64,000 bases of DNA, from assembly GCA_965644265.1 (NCBI GenBank), contig OZ286459.1:103168001-103232000 (forward strand), read 5' to 3'. Shown here one piece after another: positions 52,381 to 64,000 of this stretch. The notes beneath the pieces are model-generated. The model made no database searches and had not been told where the DNA came from. It saw only the letters and a list, made by a program, of their open reading frames with translations. A program made the position numbers and the translations under genes. This DNA comes from Glycera tridactyla. Lineage: Eukaryota. How positions within the stretch are numbered: the first letter of the stretch is position 1; each line of letters starts with the position of its first letter.

Positions 52381-52516
52381 AGTTTATGACATCCTAAGGC
52401 AGATACTGCAGTTCAATTGCATCGTATTAATACTAAGTACTCTCAGTTTGAGTTTATGACATCCTAGGGCAGATACTGCAGTTCAATTGCATCGTATTAA
52501 TACCAAGTACTCTCAG
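52381..52516. repeat. Two-copy tandem duplication, 70-bp period
   Basis: 52381-52446 and 52451-52516 differ at 2 of 66 positions. Confidence 0.92.
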
Positions 52517-52656
52517 CTGTACAAACATTGCAGATTGTGTCCTCAGGCACACTTTTCAGAAGAAATCCTATCCGTACCACAGGCGATGACAGGTGATCAT
52601 TATTAACAATTTCATACACGTCATCGATATCATCACCCATCTCCAGTCTGTTTTTT

Positions 52657-54336
52657 TGTGGTAATAAGCAAGTCAATGTCCTGATCAATCACTCAATGAC
52701 CGTGTCGCCATATTGGGTGATAGTTCGTGTCATAATTCAGTGTACACCTCACACAAACGTCACGACCAGTTTCTATTGATGACTTGTTGAATGATATTAT
52801 GTCATCACTCTAATTGTAAGAAGACAAAGGATCAGATTCAGTGACAATGGACCAGGAACGGGGATCGCTCATCTTACTTCAGGAATCGCACATGTATTGA
52901 ATGTTAGAAAGTGTTTTTACAGATGGAGTTGTATGTTTGATGTTGCATTCATTAATTTTGATGTTGCATTCATTAAGGAGGAACTGATACTCATGTCATA
53001 CATGTAACCCTGGGAACAGGGCACTAGCTTTGCCATCTTCCATTATACAGGATGTCGAAGATCTCAGCTTCGAACTCTGCTGTGATGAAGTTTTAGTATG
53101 TGATAGTTTGGCATAACGAGCTTTCCAAAGTAATCCTACGGCTTTAGAATATGGAATAGCAGCGTGAATTTTCCCTGGACATATTCTATTGTTCAGTATT
53201 CAATTTAGTGGCAAACAGGTGTATCAAAAATGATGTCACAACAGATCAACACAGGCTGACTTGAAACAATGAGGCTGTACACAGTTCCTGGCCATCTTAT
53301 ATCGTTATGACCAAATGACATATGTGATTCTTTCATATTTTTGTGAATGTTATTGTGTTTGATCTTGCACGAAAGCCCATATCCCTGATTCAGCAGTAGC
53401 TCCAATCAAAGGCCGACCTGTGTCGGTGTACCCACTTCGACATTTCCTAGTGGAAGCAATGACATTCCAATAGATCAAAGAATAGCAAATTGTTGACTCG
53501 AGATATAGGTCTGATGTTTCTTTCCAAAGTGTGCCATCTCTTCTTCTCACTTTTCCCGCCTGATATATCTTACAGCTTACATCACTGATGTTAGATCAGA
53601 TACACGAATGCATTGACGTATGATGACAGGAGCTGTCACTCGGCCGAAGCAACATTTCCTACCAGAGGTAGATGAACACCCTACTGTGGAATGGATGCAT
53701 GATGGTCCAGGTATCATTTCCGCAATACCCATCTTACATCTAAGTCCTCAGTGCATTTCGAGCACTCGCATCATTCTAGTGAACCCAATATGGATATTAT
53801 GTTTTTCTCTGTTTGAGATGTTCTTTCTCTCCTACTACTGTATATGTCGACGGCCCTGCACTGCAAGTGATGTCACAGGTTATCTGTGCCCTCCTGTGTG
53901 CTCAGAAACGAAATAATGAATGTTTGTGATATGATAGCTGTTGCCTGATCAAACTGAAGTTACCCCATGAGTTACCCCACGACTTATGAAGGTAATAGAT
54001 ACACGTAGACACCATTGGTTTCGGCCGTTGGCTGTTTAGCATAGCATGATTACCCTATCAGATATGATTTGTACGTGAAAGTACCCTACTCTGTGCCCTT
54101 TTTGTGATCTCCGTTGGAGATCACTATGCTACCACCTCTCTGCTCGAAATGCTTTCTCACTTTGCCGATTCTGACTCTCGAGGCCAATATAAACAAGCAA
54201 ATATTGAGCGGATGTGTGTAAAAGAATCGAATGATCTGATCTAACATAATTCTAAGATGATTTATTGATCTGATGAGTGACAATTTGAGGAAATGTAGCA
54301 AGATGCCTGTCAATCAAGCTCTTTCGGCACGCCCAC
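52657..54336. repeat. Dispersed duplication, copy 1 (direct repeat of 62462-64000); ends in a family-A element at 54099-54336
   Basis: Colinear from tgtggtaat...gtcaatgtcctgatcaatca through ggatgtgtgtaaaagaa. About 85-92% identity in blocks compared by eye. Confidence 0.93.
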
Positions 54337-54373
54337 GTAGATGTTGACAGGTTTATTACGTTCGGAGCCGGGA

Positions 54374-55864
54374 NNNNNNNNNNNNNNNNNNNNNNNNNNN
54401 NNNNNNNNNNNNNNNNNNNNNNNNNNNNNNNNNNNNNNNNNNNNNNNNNNNNNNNNNNNNNNNNNNNNNNNNNNNNNNNNNNNNNNNNNNNNNNNNNNNN
54501 NNNNNNNNNNNNNNNNNNNNNNNNNNNNNNNNNNNNNNNNNNNNNNNCGCACGTGGGCGCTCTTTTTCTAACCTACCTTGCTGTATGGAAGCAACAGGCA
54601 CAAATCACGTCTATGACGAACCATATCTTGTCAGTGAATAGCATGCTTTGCTTCCATGGAGGTGACGAGGCACCTGAGATACTATCGGATGACATGTCCA
54701 TGATGCTGTCAGGAAACCACTTGTCAACTCTCAAATTGAATCATCTCCATGCATAGCCGAACAAAAATAATGACTCATGAGCAGCTTGAATAATGTTCGC
54801 CTCTGTTTTTCTCCCTTCCAGGTGAGTTGTAAGACCATGAATGGCGATTTGAATGGCGATGACATGCTTCTGGTAAATATGATGGAAATATTTTCATTTG
54901 ATCATGCATNNNNNNNNNNNNNNNNNNNNNNNNNNNNNNNNNNNNNNNNNNNNNNNNNNNNNNNNNNNNNNNNNNNNNNNNNNNNNNNNNNNNNNNNNNN
55001 NNNNNNNNNNNNNNNNNNNNNNNNNNNNNNNNNNNNNNNNNNNNNNNNNNNNNNNTCTCAATATGTCGATGCTTGCTGGAGCGAAAGTTATTCACTAGTC
55101 ACTATGAAAGAGGAGAATAAACAAACTGACACTAGACATCATGGGGAGGCCGGAAATAACGTGCAAATAGAATAAAAAATTACACATTCATCATGACCTG
55201 CAATATTATATCAGCACGATGTATTTGCCCTGGCCTTTGTGAATCTAAGCGAGTCAATTGACTGCTAACGAGGACCTCGGCCAGTTATCCATCATTATGT
55301 TATCCAGCCGAGGGAGTAAACAGTGCCGATTACCTTCATGATGAGAGGTCAGCATTCACAATGGTGATGACCGACGACGATGTACAGTATACACTTTTCG
55401 AATCAGAGCTTCTTCTTTTCGGTGGTTGCTCGATGTGCAGACTCATCATTTCGTTCACTGGCCATAACCATAGCTAGTTGAAATATCCAGTAAAAAAACA
55501 AAGATATAGTCCATATCAATGCTACCAGTCGTCAATTTTGCTTGGGTTGAATCTCTTCTCAGTCTCACATGGGGGAATATCGTTGTTCCTCCGGGAGAAT
55601 ATAACTATAAGTATGAGGTATATCTGACTGGATACAATTGAAACATTCTTCGAATTGATTAGGTTTATTTGTTCGTTAGGATGGGACCAACATCCTTCCA
55701 ATCTCTTTGATTATTAATATTATCATCATTATNNNNNNNNNNNNNNNNNNNNNNNNNNNNNNNNNNNNNNNNNNNNNNNNNNNNNNNNNNNNNNNNNNNN
55801 NNNNNNNNNNNNNNNNNNNNNNNNNNNNNNNNNNNNNNNNNNNNNNNNNNNNNNNNNNNNNNNN
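54374..55864. other. Three short N-runs (54374-54547, 54910-~55054, 55733-~55864): gaps or masked sequence
   Basis: Runs of N. Only the last has simple-repeat (ATT/ATC) flanks. Confidence 0.9.
54801..54827 (+). other. Juxtaposed 3' and 5' splice-site consensus (candidate recursive-splicing ratchet point)
   Basis: ctctgtttttctcccttcCAG|GTGAGT, with AG at 54820-21 and GT at 54822-23, on the same strand as the NPR-like gene. Confidence 0.5.
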
Positions 55865-58649
55865 TAGAAAAGGGATATCGCTGTCAAGGCGATCCAATTA
55901 TTCTTTGCACGATGAGTCAAGGGTGCATCAGAGATTGACATCACCGTCAGCATGGAAAATATAGAAGTCTATCTGGTGCTTGAGGTCCATAGACACCTTA
56001 ATCTAAAACTAACATTATATTGTTCTTGTGGTATCATGAACTTATCTTTATAGCTATCATTTTAATCGGAGAAATATCACAATGGAAGGCCTTCGGCAAT
56101 TTGGTCATAGTTCGGAGGTGTTCTCCTTCTGTGTTCTTAGTTGGAAATGAAAATTTATGAGTTTAACACATACGGGAGATACCATTCCTGGCTACATAAT
56201 CTCTCAGTTGATGGTTTTGTATTTGACTTCACATTACTACTCCAGTATAACTATTACACTTTTGCTTCTGATTGACCTACTTTCGGGATCTCATATGTCG
56301 ACGGAAATACACATGTTGCTCAGCTTCCTTACCTGTGATGGGAACAAATTTCATTTTAGAAGTATATGTTTGGATGAAGTGCCAAGAATCAATTGATTGC
56401 TTGAGTGTAAAGGCATGTATGAATCAGGAGGATTATGTAGGTAATGCGCCCATGCATGCTGGCAACACTCTCACAAACCATGGGAGCTAGCTGGATGGTG
56501 AAGAAGCAGGGTGGCTTTCAAGATGAAATAACTGACAGATCTGACACACCTCTGGATGGCGAACATACACCTGATGAAAACACTCGATGGCGTACCTAAC
56601 TATATAATACTCGAGCCTGTTGGCAACCTATTTATTCCAAACATTCTGCAGTTCTCGATACAATGCATATTCATGAGGTGTAATGCTATTTTCAATAAAA
56701 AGGTACACGGCATTTGCCCAGACATAATCTATCAGCAAAAGCCGCAAGAGCCCTCTTCGTTCTATTCACTCCAGCAAACTGATACGAATCTTCCCTGAAT
56801 CCGGTTCAACTTCAAGGTCCTTTTCCCAAAAGGTATAAGAAAAGGGAAAACGTCGACGTCAGGGTGAAGTTCACCTACCAACAGTTGGAATATTCATCAT
56901 CCGAGTAATACATTCACGTTCTGTGTGTTGGAATTATAGTCCCTCCCTGAAATTGACAAACAATGTGGTACATCCAAATATCCATCTCATATTATCTGAC
57001 TCGTTCTGACATCAGCACTTCATAAGGCCTGATTGGATGAGGCAAGATCAGTTGTAGTCTGTTCCATAGAAAACTATGAACAAATGCGAGATTAGCCCAA
57101 CATACCTTCTTTCACCTCCAAATACATTCGGTCACACCACTCATGCAGGCTATTTCATAAAGTTCTAACCGTTTCCGAGATTCACGAGTTTTCTAACATC
57201 CACAAATTCAATTGTACAATCTTACCTGATGATACATTTCATCGCAGCATCATAGAATTACTGCTGTAAATAAGCTCAATCTTCTCCGCTGTCGATGTTG
57301 TACCACATGAGCATGACAAAACATGTGTTTGTTATTTGAAAAAGACATTCAATGTATGTATTTTTATATAAGACATTCAATGTACGATGGCTCCGATAGA
57401 GTAATGGGACTCATTGGTACAATTTTCATCATCAAAATCAAGGGCCATGCCAATTCTCCTGCGAAATTATCCTTTAATTAATTCGATCTTCAATATGAAT
57501 GAAGACATCAAAGTAATAACTGATTATATTATTCCACTAGAGTCTACTGGTGTGTCAATATCATTCAGTGACTGGATACTTGAGGACCAAGCCTAGTCTG
57601 AGCAAACAAGAGGAGGAAGACGGCTGGAGGTTGCAGGGCACTGTCTGTGAAAAAAAGATGAGTTTGTCTCGAAAACCATACTATGACAGTAAGGTCATGG
57701 TAAATGATAGAGGGGAAGACCATACTTAATCTACATAGACACCTTGACATCAGACACTGGTCCATTAAAGGAGGAACTGGGAAATACAATGCTGGACTTA
57801 GCAGTATGGAGAGCCACTATAGTTCGAGGACACCACTCAAGTAAGCAAGAATATTTGAAGATCATGTAGTGCAACTTTGCGAGAAGTCGGATGACAATAA
57901 TGTCGGAGAATCTCCACCGAAACAGAAAAGAAGTGTGCGCTATCAAGAAACTGACTCTAAAACATGTCACGTTACAATTTCAAGGATGATCGCGTACTGA
58001 TTATTGGTCTATGAAATTGGTGAGGCTCACAGACAAAAATTACAAACGAGTGACAAGGATGATAACCCACCTCCTACACAGTTCCTGCCGGTGTCGGATC
58101 CATCATTCATTATTCACTGGTTATTAATGGAATATTTTGTTGTCAGAAGGGATACTGTTACCATTATTTCCTATTTGATCACAGTCATTGACACTGCCTC
58201 TATAAACATTATAAACAGAATCTGCACAAAAACGGCCACAAAACCATCCGAATGCATCGGGTGTACAGACACTAGTAGATCATGGTTACCGTAACTATCC
58301 ACACAAGGAAACTGAAGAATTCATGCATGCTCACAAATTGGCATTCACTCATGACAATCAGAGCATAATAAAAATTTGGAGACATGGACATGAACGATAC
58401 AGATCATATGATTTTCCAGATATTACACCGATGCTTTAGCAAATATATGGAAAATATATGCATCATCTGTGGCATGTTTTTCTATTTTTTTCGAGATAAT
58501 TACCATGTCAAACATTTAATTTCCTTCATTCACTCTCCATTAATCAGTACTTCTTCCAGACAAACAGTCCAAGCTCAAATACAGTTACAGCAGAATGTTA
58601 CGGTGATCCATCCACATGTATTGCCAAGCGGATATGAATGTGAATATGG

Positions 58650-58850
58650 GTAGGAATATGCGAGTATGATATCATTACTACTTTTGCCATCTCTCGCGAG
58701 TTCGAGACCGGCTCAGGCGGCTTCATGTGGTAATATGATGCCGGTTCTAATTTTGACAGGATGTGATGATCCTCAAGAAATCAAAAGTCTGAAACCACGT
58801 GCTCACATCCAACTCAGGATGTGATGTGAAGAGGGCACCTAAGGCAGAAT
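58650..58850 (+). mobile_element. Degraded tRNA-derived SINE (tentative)
   Basis: B-box-like GTTCGAGAC (58700-58708) in gcgagttcgagaccggctcaggcggcttcatgtg, with a later gagggcacct block. Recalls lophotrochozoan tRNA-SINE bodies. No clear A box. Confidence 0.35.
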
Positions 58851-61800
58851 AATGTCGAAGTGCAGGGCTGAGGTCATTCACTTAATATGACTCTAATGGC
58901 CATCCGTGAGACTATATTGAATATGTCTGATGATGTAACTCCCAAACTGCTTCACTGCCCTCATGATCAATGCAAACTATCGAAACTGTTCGAAGTAGTT
59001 CTCGGTCAGTTTGCCATTGCTTCAAGTCCCGTCCATAATCCGGGTGGACCGTTTCAGTGTTGAATTATCAGCCATGGTCTCCATCCGATTGATACCCCTC
59101 TAATTTGAAGGCCGACTCAGAAGGAGTGACCCAATGTTATGTCTTCGCTACTTTCGGCATCTCTCCTGAGTTCAGGGAGCCGCTTCGGATAGCTTTGCGT
59201 GGTGATGTGATGCTGGGCCTACTTTTTGCATATTGTAACGATTGTACCAATATGGCATCTTCCGAGATTTCCATGAGAATCTAAGCAAACTTTGTTGTCA
59301 TGCTAGCAATGATGAAACTTTCGAAACACGGCAATCAGAGGTTAAATGCACGACCAGCTAGTTGTGGCTGGGATGAAGTAACAAAGGCTTTCATGTCATT
59401 TGGATTGATTAACCGGATTCTTAAAATGCCACATTTTATCTATTTCCGAATTGCATGACATAAGATGGTGCCGTTCATTTCCCAGTACTTGATCCGAATG
59501 TTTTTTATCCGAGATAGCTAAAAAAAGAAGGGAGGGAATCAACAATCTCTCTGTGTGTGGAATAGGACAATATCGAGCACATGTTGAGGTGTGTGCTAAT
59601 AATGAATGATGAATCGGGATATAAGACCAACAGGCTCCGTGGGCTGTGACCCAGATGCTATCTAATTAGTCTGTCAGCAACAATAGCCTCTGCTAATAGC
59701 AAAGACACTTGATGGATTATCATTGCATCAATACGTGATCTTTATCCACCACATATTCTGATATCATAAAGCAAATGGTGCCTAGTGGTCAGCGATTGCA
59801 TATGAAAATGATCACAATCCGAACGAGAACCAGTAGTCTGCAGCTCAGCTCAGTCCATATTATGCTAGCTGGATGTGGAACGACCAGCCAAGCAATCAAA
59901 TATCAGAGGCATGGAAATTCGAGATGACTTTTCACGGTTGGCGTAGGTTGACGGAAATCGCGGGTGTTTCGAAAGTAAACGTAAGCTAGGATTGATTGCA
60001 ATCCGGTGACTGTGGATCTCATCGGTTCGTCCTGAAAGTTTCTGATATGGAATTTCTCGCACAAGACCAACTTTTGTCATATTTTCCTATTCATTTACAC
60101 ATATACATGACTGGAGGTGGTGGGCTGGATGTTTTTCTTTCGAATGCGAATAGCACCACCTGGCTATATTCAGTTGCCAATGCTATGTGGAGGGGTGGGA
60201 TCCTACTACTTCTCAACTAAATTTGAACGTTTTTGATATTCACTCGAATATATGATACGTGGCATAGTATTGCTTGATAAGCAGAAAAGCTTCATGAATT
60301 GATATATCATTAACACCTTAAATACATCGACCATCGTATTATTTGAGCATCCTCTCTCTTCTGCTTGCTCCTCGGTGGTTGCACTGACAATTCACACATT
60401 CTCATGGGCCAGTTCCAGGGAATTTGAAGGTCTAGTGCCGAGGACTTCATCCTATGCGATACACAGAGTTTGGATTCGTACGTAAACTATAGGTTGTAAG
60501 GTGACCGGATATCAAGTAGAATGTAGCCTATACATATCGCATACAAACATGAGAATGGTGTGGGTGTTCTTTACTCTGAATATTTAAAGTTCAGGGTATT
60601 ACATAACTGACACTTCATGCAATAATGGATAACCACCAGGTCATGAATCGGACATAATTGACATATTTTCTTAAAATATGATACATTTTTATCAATCACA
60701 AGGAAGATCAGCGAATATCTCATAGGCTACATCATTTTGTTTTGGCAAGATATACCATTACGCATGGTTGAACATCTTATGATATGACATTGTGTACAAT
60801 CATGGGGGTATAAGTGGACACATTCTCGGGTTTATACACATAGAGTATGAATATCAATGCAAATTATATATGTTACATAGTCAGTATGGAAGACACTTTA
60901 AAGAGGGGTTCATCATTATGTTTATGCAGGCTCATGATTCGTTATGAAGCTTCTCGATGCTCGGAGGACAGTGATACTGGTATGGAGAATCAGTGTTGGG
61001 AGTATACATATTCATGGGAAGTTCAGGTTGCTTTCAAAGTTTCGAAAGGTGGGCCACAGATCACCTGGGGTGGGTGTTAGTTACTACTTTCATGGAAATT
61101 CCTGATTTTTGTGACAGTCTAAGTTGCTATGGAGCTCACAATGATAATTGCATCCAATGGTGATGGAAACGAGTCGATAGATTGATTGACTGATCTTTGA
61201 TTCATCCATTCATTAGGTGATTTGCCGATCAGACCATAGGCTGATGTATGTTGAATGTCTCTAACCCATTCCAGCCAGTGTGGTTGAAAGGTGTATGAGC
61301 ATGTTATCTGCAAGAAACAAGTGAGCGAAGCTTTGCATAACCCACAACCTGATATCTAAACATGTTCCGGCACCTTTTACTCATATAGCTCAAATTACTC
61401 ACTGTTTCGGAGGAAAATATCAATTCAGAGTGTTTTTCGCTGTATGGAAAAAGTGAACTTCAAGTATACCAATTTCAGGGGAAACTACAAATTGCCAAAA
61501 TAGGGAAAGCGGGTGAACCTGAATCCGCTGACGTGTATCCACATTACTAAGTTACTGTGCAACACAGTGGCTCATTTTTTCATCACCCACGTCATTAGCA
61601 TATCTCTGTACCGATGCCCGAATGACGAAACAGTATATGAACACGTAGGATATTGATAAGGTTGAGCCCCTTGTCATTCAAGGACCAAGCATCTAGAATT
61701 ATATCCCTGTCCCATCTTCTTTCGGAACCCCTTTTATTTTCATTCAATCTCTAACCTTAACGTTTCCACCAATTTCATTCCATTTCACCTCCTCCCGTCT

Positions 61801-62461
61801 AATTCCTTTTTTTTCTGTTCATCTCATCTCATGCCTTCTCATCTTTTAGAAACCCTTACACTGATCGGCATGAATGAGGAGACAGAACATAATTATTGAG
61901 ATGTCATCATATAAATAGTGATATCACTCAGCAGAGGATTGCAGCCAGTGCAATTTGCTGATTGCACATTCTAGTTAGAAAATGTGAGGATGTAAATCTG
62001 CTACACGTTGTCAACTTCAAACCGACAAACATGAATTGGGATGGTGTAATTCAGAACAGGTGACGTTCCATTCATTAGCATAATGAACATCCAGGGTAAC
62101 CGTTTTGGTCTCGAAGATGCTTGTTAGTGGTGAAGTTACATGTGCATATCAGAGTACATTCCCTCTCAAAAAGTATGTCCGTGATTATTCCAGAATAATA
62201 GTTGAGGATACAACTCGGACTCGGAGGCATACCACCTTTCCTGGTTGTTCAGCCTATGACTCCTCTCTCACCCTATGTCCATCATGGAACAGGTTTTTTC
62301 TTGAACTTTTATTTATAGGAGACAAATATTGCATTTTTGCATCCCTATTTCTTCCTATCTTCACCCGTTGATCTCCCAATTACCATTCGTTGCTGCCCTG
62401 TGGATATGAGATATTTTACCTGTGTTGATTCAGCAGATTGTTCCCTCTCTTCTCAAGTTGA

Positions 62462-64000
62462 TTGTGGTAATTAGTCAGGTCAATGTCCTGATCAATCATT
62501 TCATGACCGTGTCGCCATATTAGGTGATAGTTCGTGTCATGATTCAGTGTACACCTCACACAAACGTCATGACCAGTGTCTCTTGATGACGCATGTTGAA
62601 TGGTATTTTGTCATCACTCTAATTGGAAGAAGACAAAGGATCAGATTCAGTGACAATGGACCAGGAACAGGGATCGGTCATCTTCACTTCAGGTATCGCA
62701 CATGTATTAAATATTAGAAAGTGTTTGAGAGGAATTTTTCCACAGATGGAGTTGTATGTTTTGATGTTGCATTCATTGAGGAGGACCCAATACTCATACC
62801 ATACATGTAACCCTGGGAACAAGGCACTTGCTTTGCCATCTTCCATCATAAGAGATGTCCAAGATCTCAGCTTCAAACTCTGCTGTGATGAAGTTTTAGT
62901 ATGTGATAGCTGGGCATAATGAGCTTTCCAAAGTGATCCTACGGCTATAAAATATGAGATAGTAGCGTGGATTTTTCCCTGGACATATACCATTGTTCAG
63001 TATTCAATTCAGTGGCAAACAGGTGTCTCAAAAATATTGTCACAATGGAACGAACACAGGCTGACATAAAACAATGAGGCTGTACACAGTTCGTGGCCAT
63101 CTTATATCGTTATGATCAAATGACATATATAATTCTCTCATATTTTTGTGAACGTTATCGTGTTTGATCTTGCACTGAAGCCCATTTCCCTGATTCAGCA
63201 GTAGCTCCCATCAAAGGCCGACCTGTGTCGGTGTACTCTCTTCGACATTTCCTAGTGGAAGCAATGACATTCCAATAGATCAAAGAATAGCAAATTGTTG
63301 ACTTGAGATATAGGTCTGATGTATCTTTCCAAAGTGTGCCATCTCTTCTTCTCAATTTTCCTGCCTGATATATCTTACATCAGTGACGTTGGATCACATA
63401 CACGAATGCATCGCCATATGATGACAGGAGCCGTCACTCAGCCGAAGCAATATTTCCTACCAGAGGTAGATGAACACCCTACCATGGAATGGATGCATGA
63501 TGATCGCGGTATCATTTCCGCGATACCCTTCTGACATCTGAGTCCTCGGTGCATTTCTAGCACTCACAGCATTCTAGTGTACCCAATATGAATATCGTGG
63601 TTTTTCTGTTTGAGATGTTCTTTCTCTCCTGCTATTGTACATATCGACGGCCCCACACTGTGGGTAATGTGCCCTCTGGTGTACTCAGAAACAAACCAAT
63701 GAATATTTGCGATTTGATAGCTGTTGCCCGAGCAAACTGAATGGAGTTACCCCATGTCTTATGAAGGTAATAGATACACATAGACAGCATTGGTTTCACC
63801 CGATGGCTGTTGAGCATAGCATGATTACCATATCAGATATGATTTGTACGTGCGAGTACCCTACTCTGTGGCCTTTTTGTGATCTCCATTGGAGATCACT
63901 ATGCTACCACCTCTCTGCTCGAAATGCTTTCTCACTTTGCAATTCTGACTCTGGAGGCCAATATAAACAGGCAAATATTGAGCGGATGTGTGTAAAAGAA
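62462..64000. repeat. Dispersed duplication, copy 2; runs off the window inside a family-A element (63874-64000)
   Basis: Aligns to 52657-54226 with an offset of ~9.8 kb. Hairpin GTGATCTCC-att-GGAGATCAC at 63879-63899. Confidence 0.93.

Noticed and set aside
53350-53550. 66-aa ORF open in both duplicate copies (also 63155-63355) as a conserved micro-gene
   Set aside because: Eight of 66 residues differ, in line with the DNA divergence, so there is no sign of purifying selection. It has no true ATG start in the sequence.

Overview
This is eukaryotic genomic DNA, probably from a marine bilaterian invertebrate (inferred from the repeat types and the gene). It is AT-rich, dense in repeats, and has nine N-runs. 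Only one host coding exon is convincing: 34545-35310 (+), encoding a signal peptide and most of the ligand-binding ectodomain of a natriuretic-peptide-receptor-family protein (NPR-C/NPR-A-like). It ends at a phase-1 GT donor. I found no next exon in the remaining ~28.7 kb, so that region is probably one long intron. That intron contains a polypyrimidine-CAG|GTGAGT junction at 54801-54827, a candidate recursive-splicing ratchet point. The rest is mostly transposon debris: a decayed Academ-type transposase ORF (~14.5-17.4 kb, minus) with a pogo-like MITE inserted in it; Helentron-like non-autonomous elements; a TGT...ACA MITE with a 4-bp TSD whose empty site is visible in two paralogous copies in this window; two 5'-truncated LINEs; a 33/37/39-bp minisatellite split by a 480-bp palindromic insertion with no obvious TSD; a ~1.6-kb direct duplication 9.8 kb apart; and many microsatellites. 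There are no prokaryotic features or CRISPR arrays. Family assignments come from recalled motifs, not database searches, and identities are estimated by eye.
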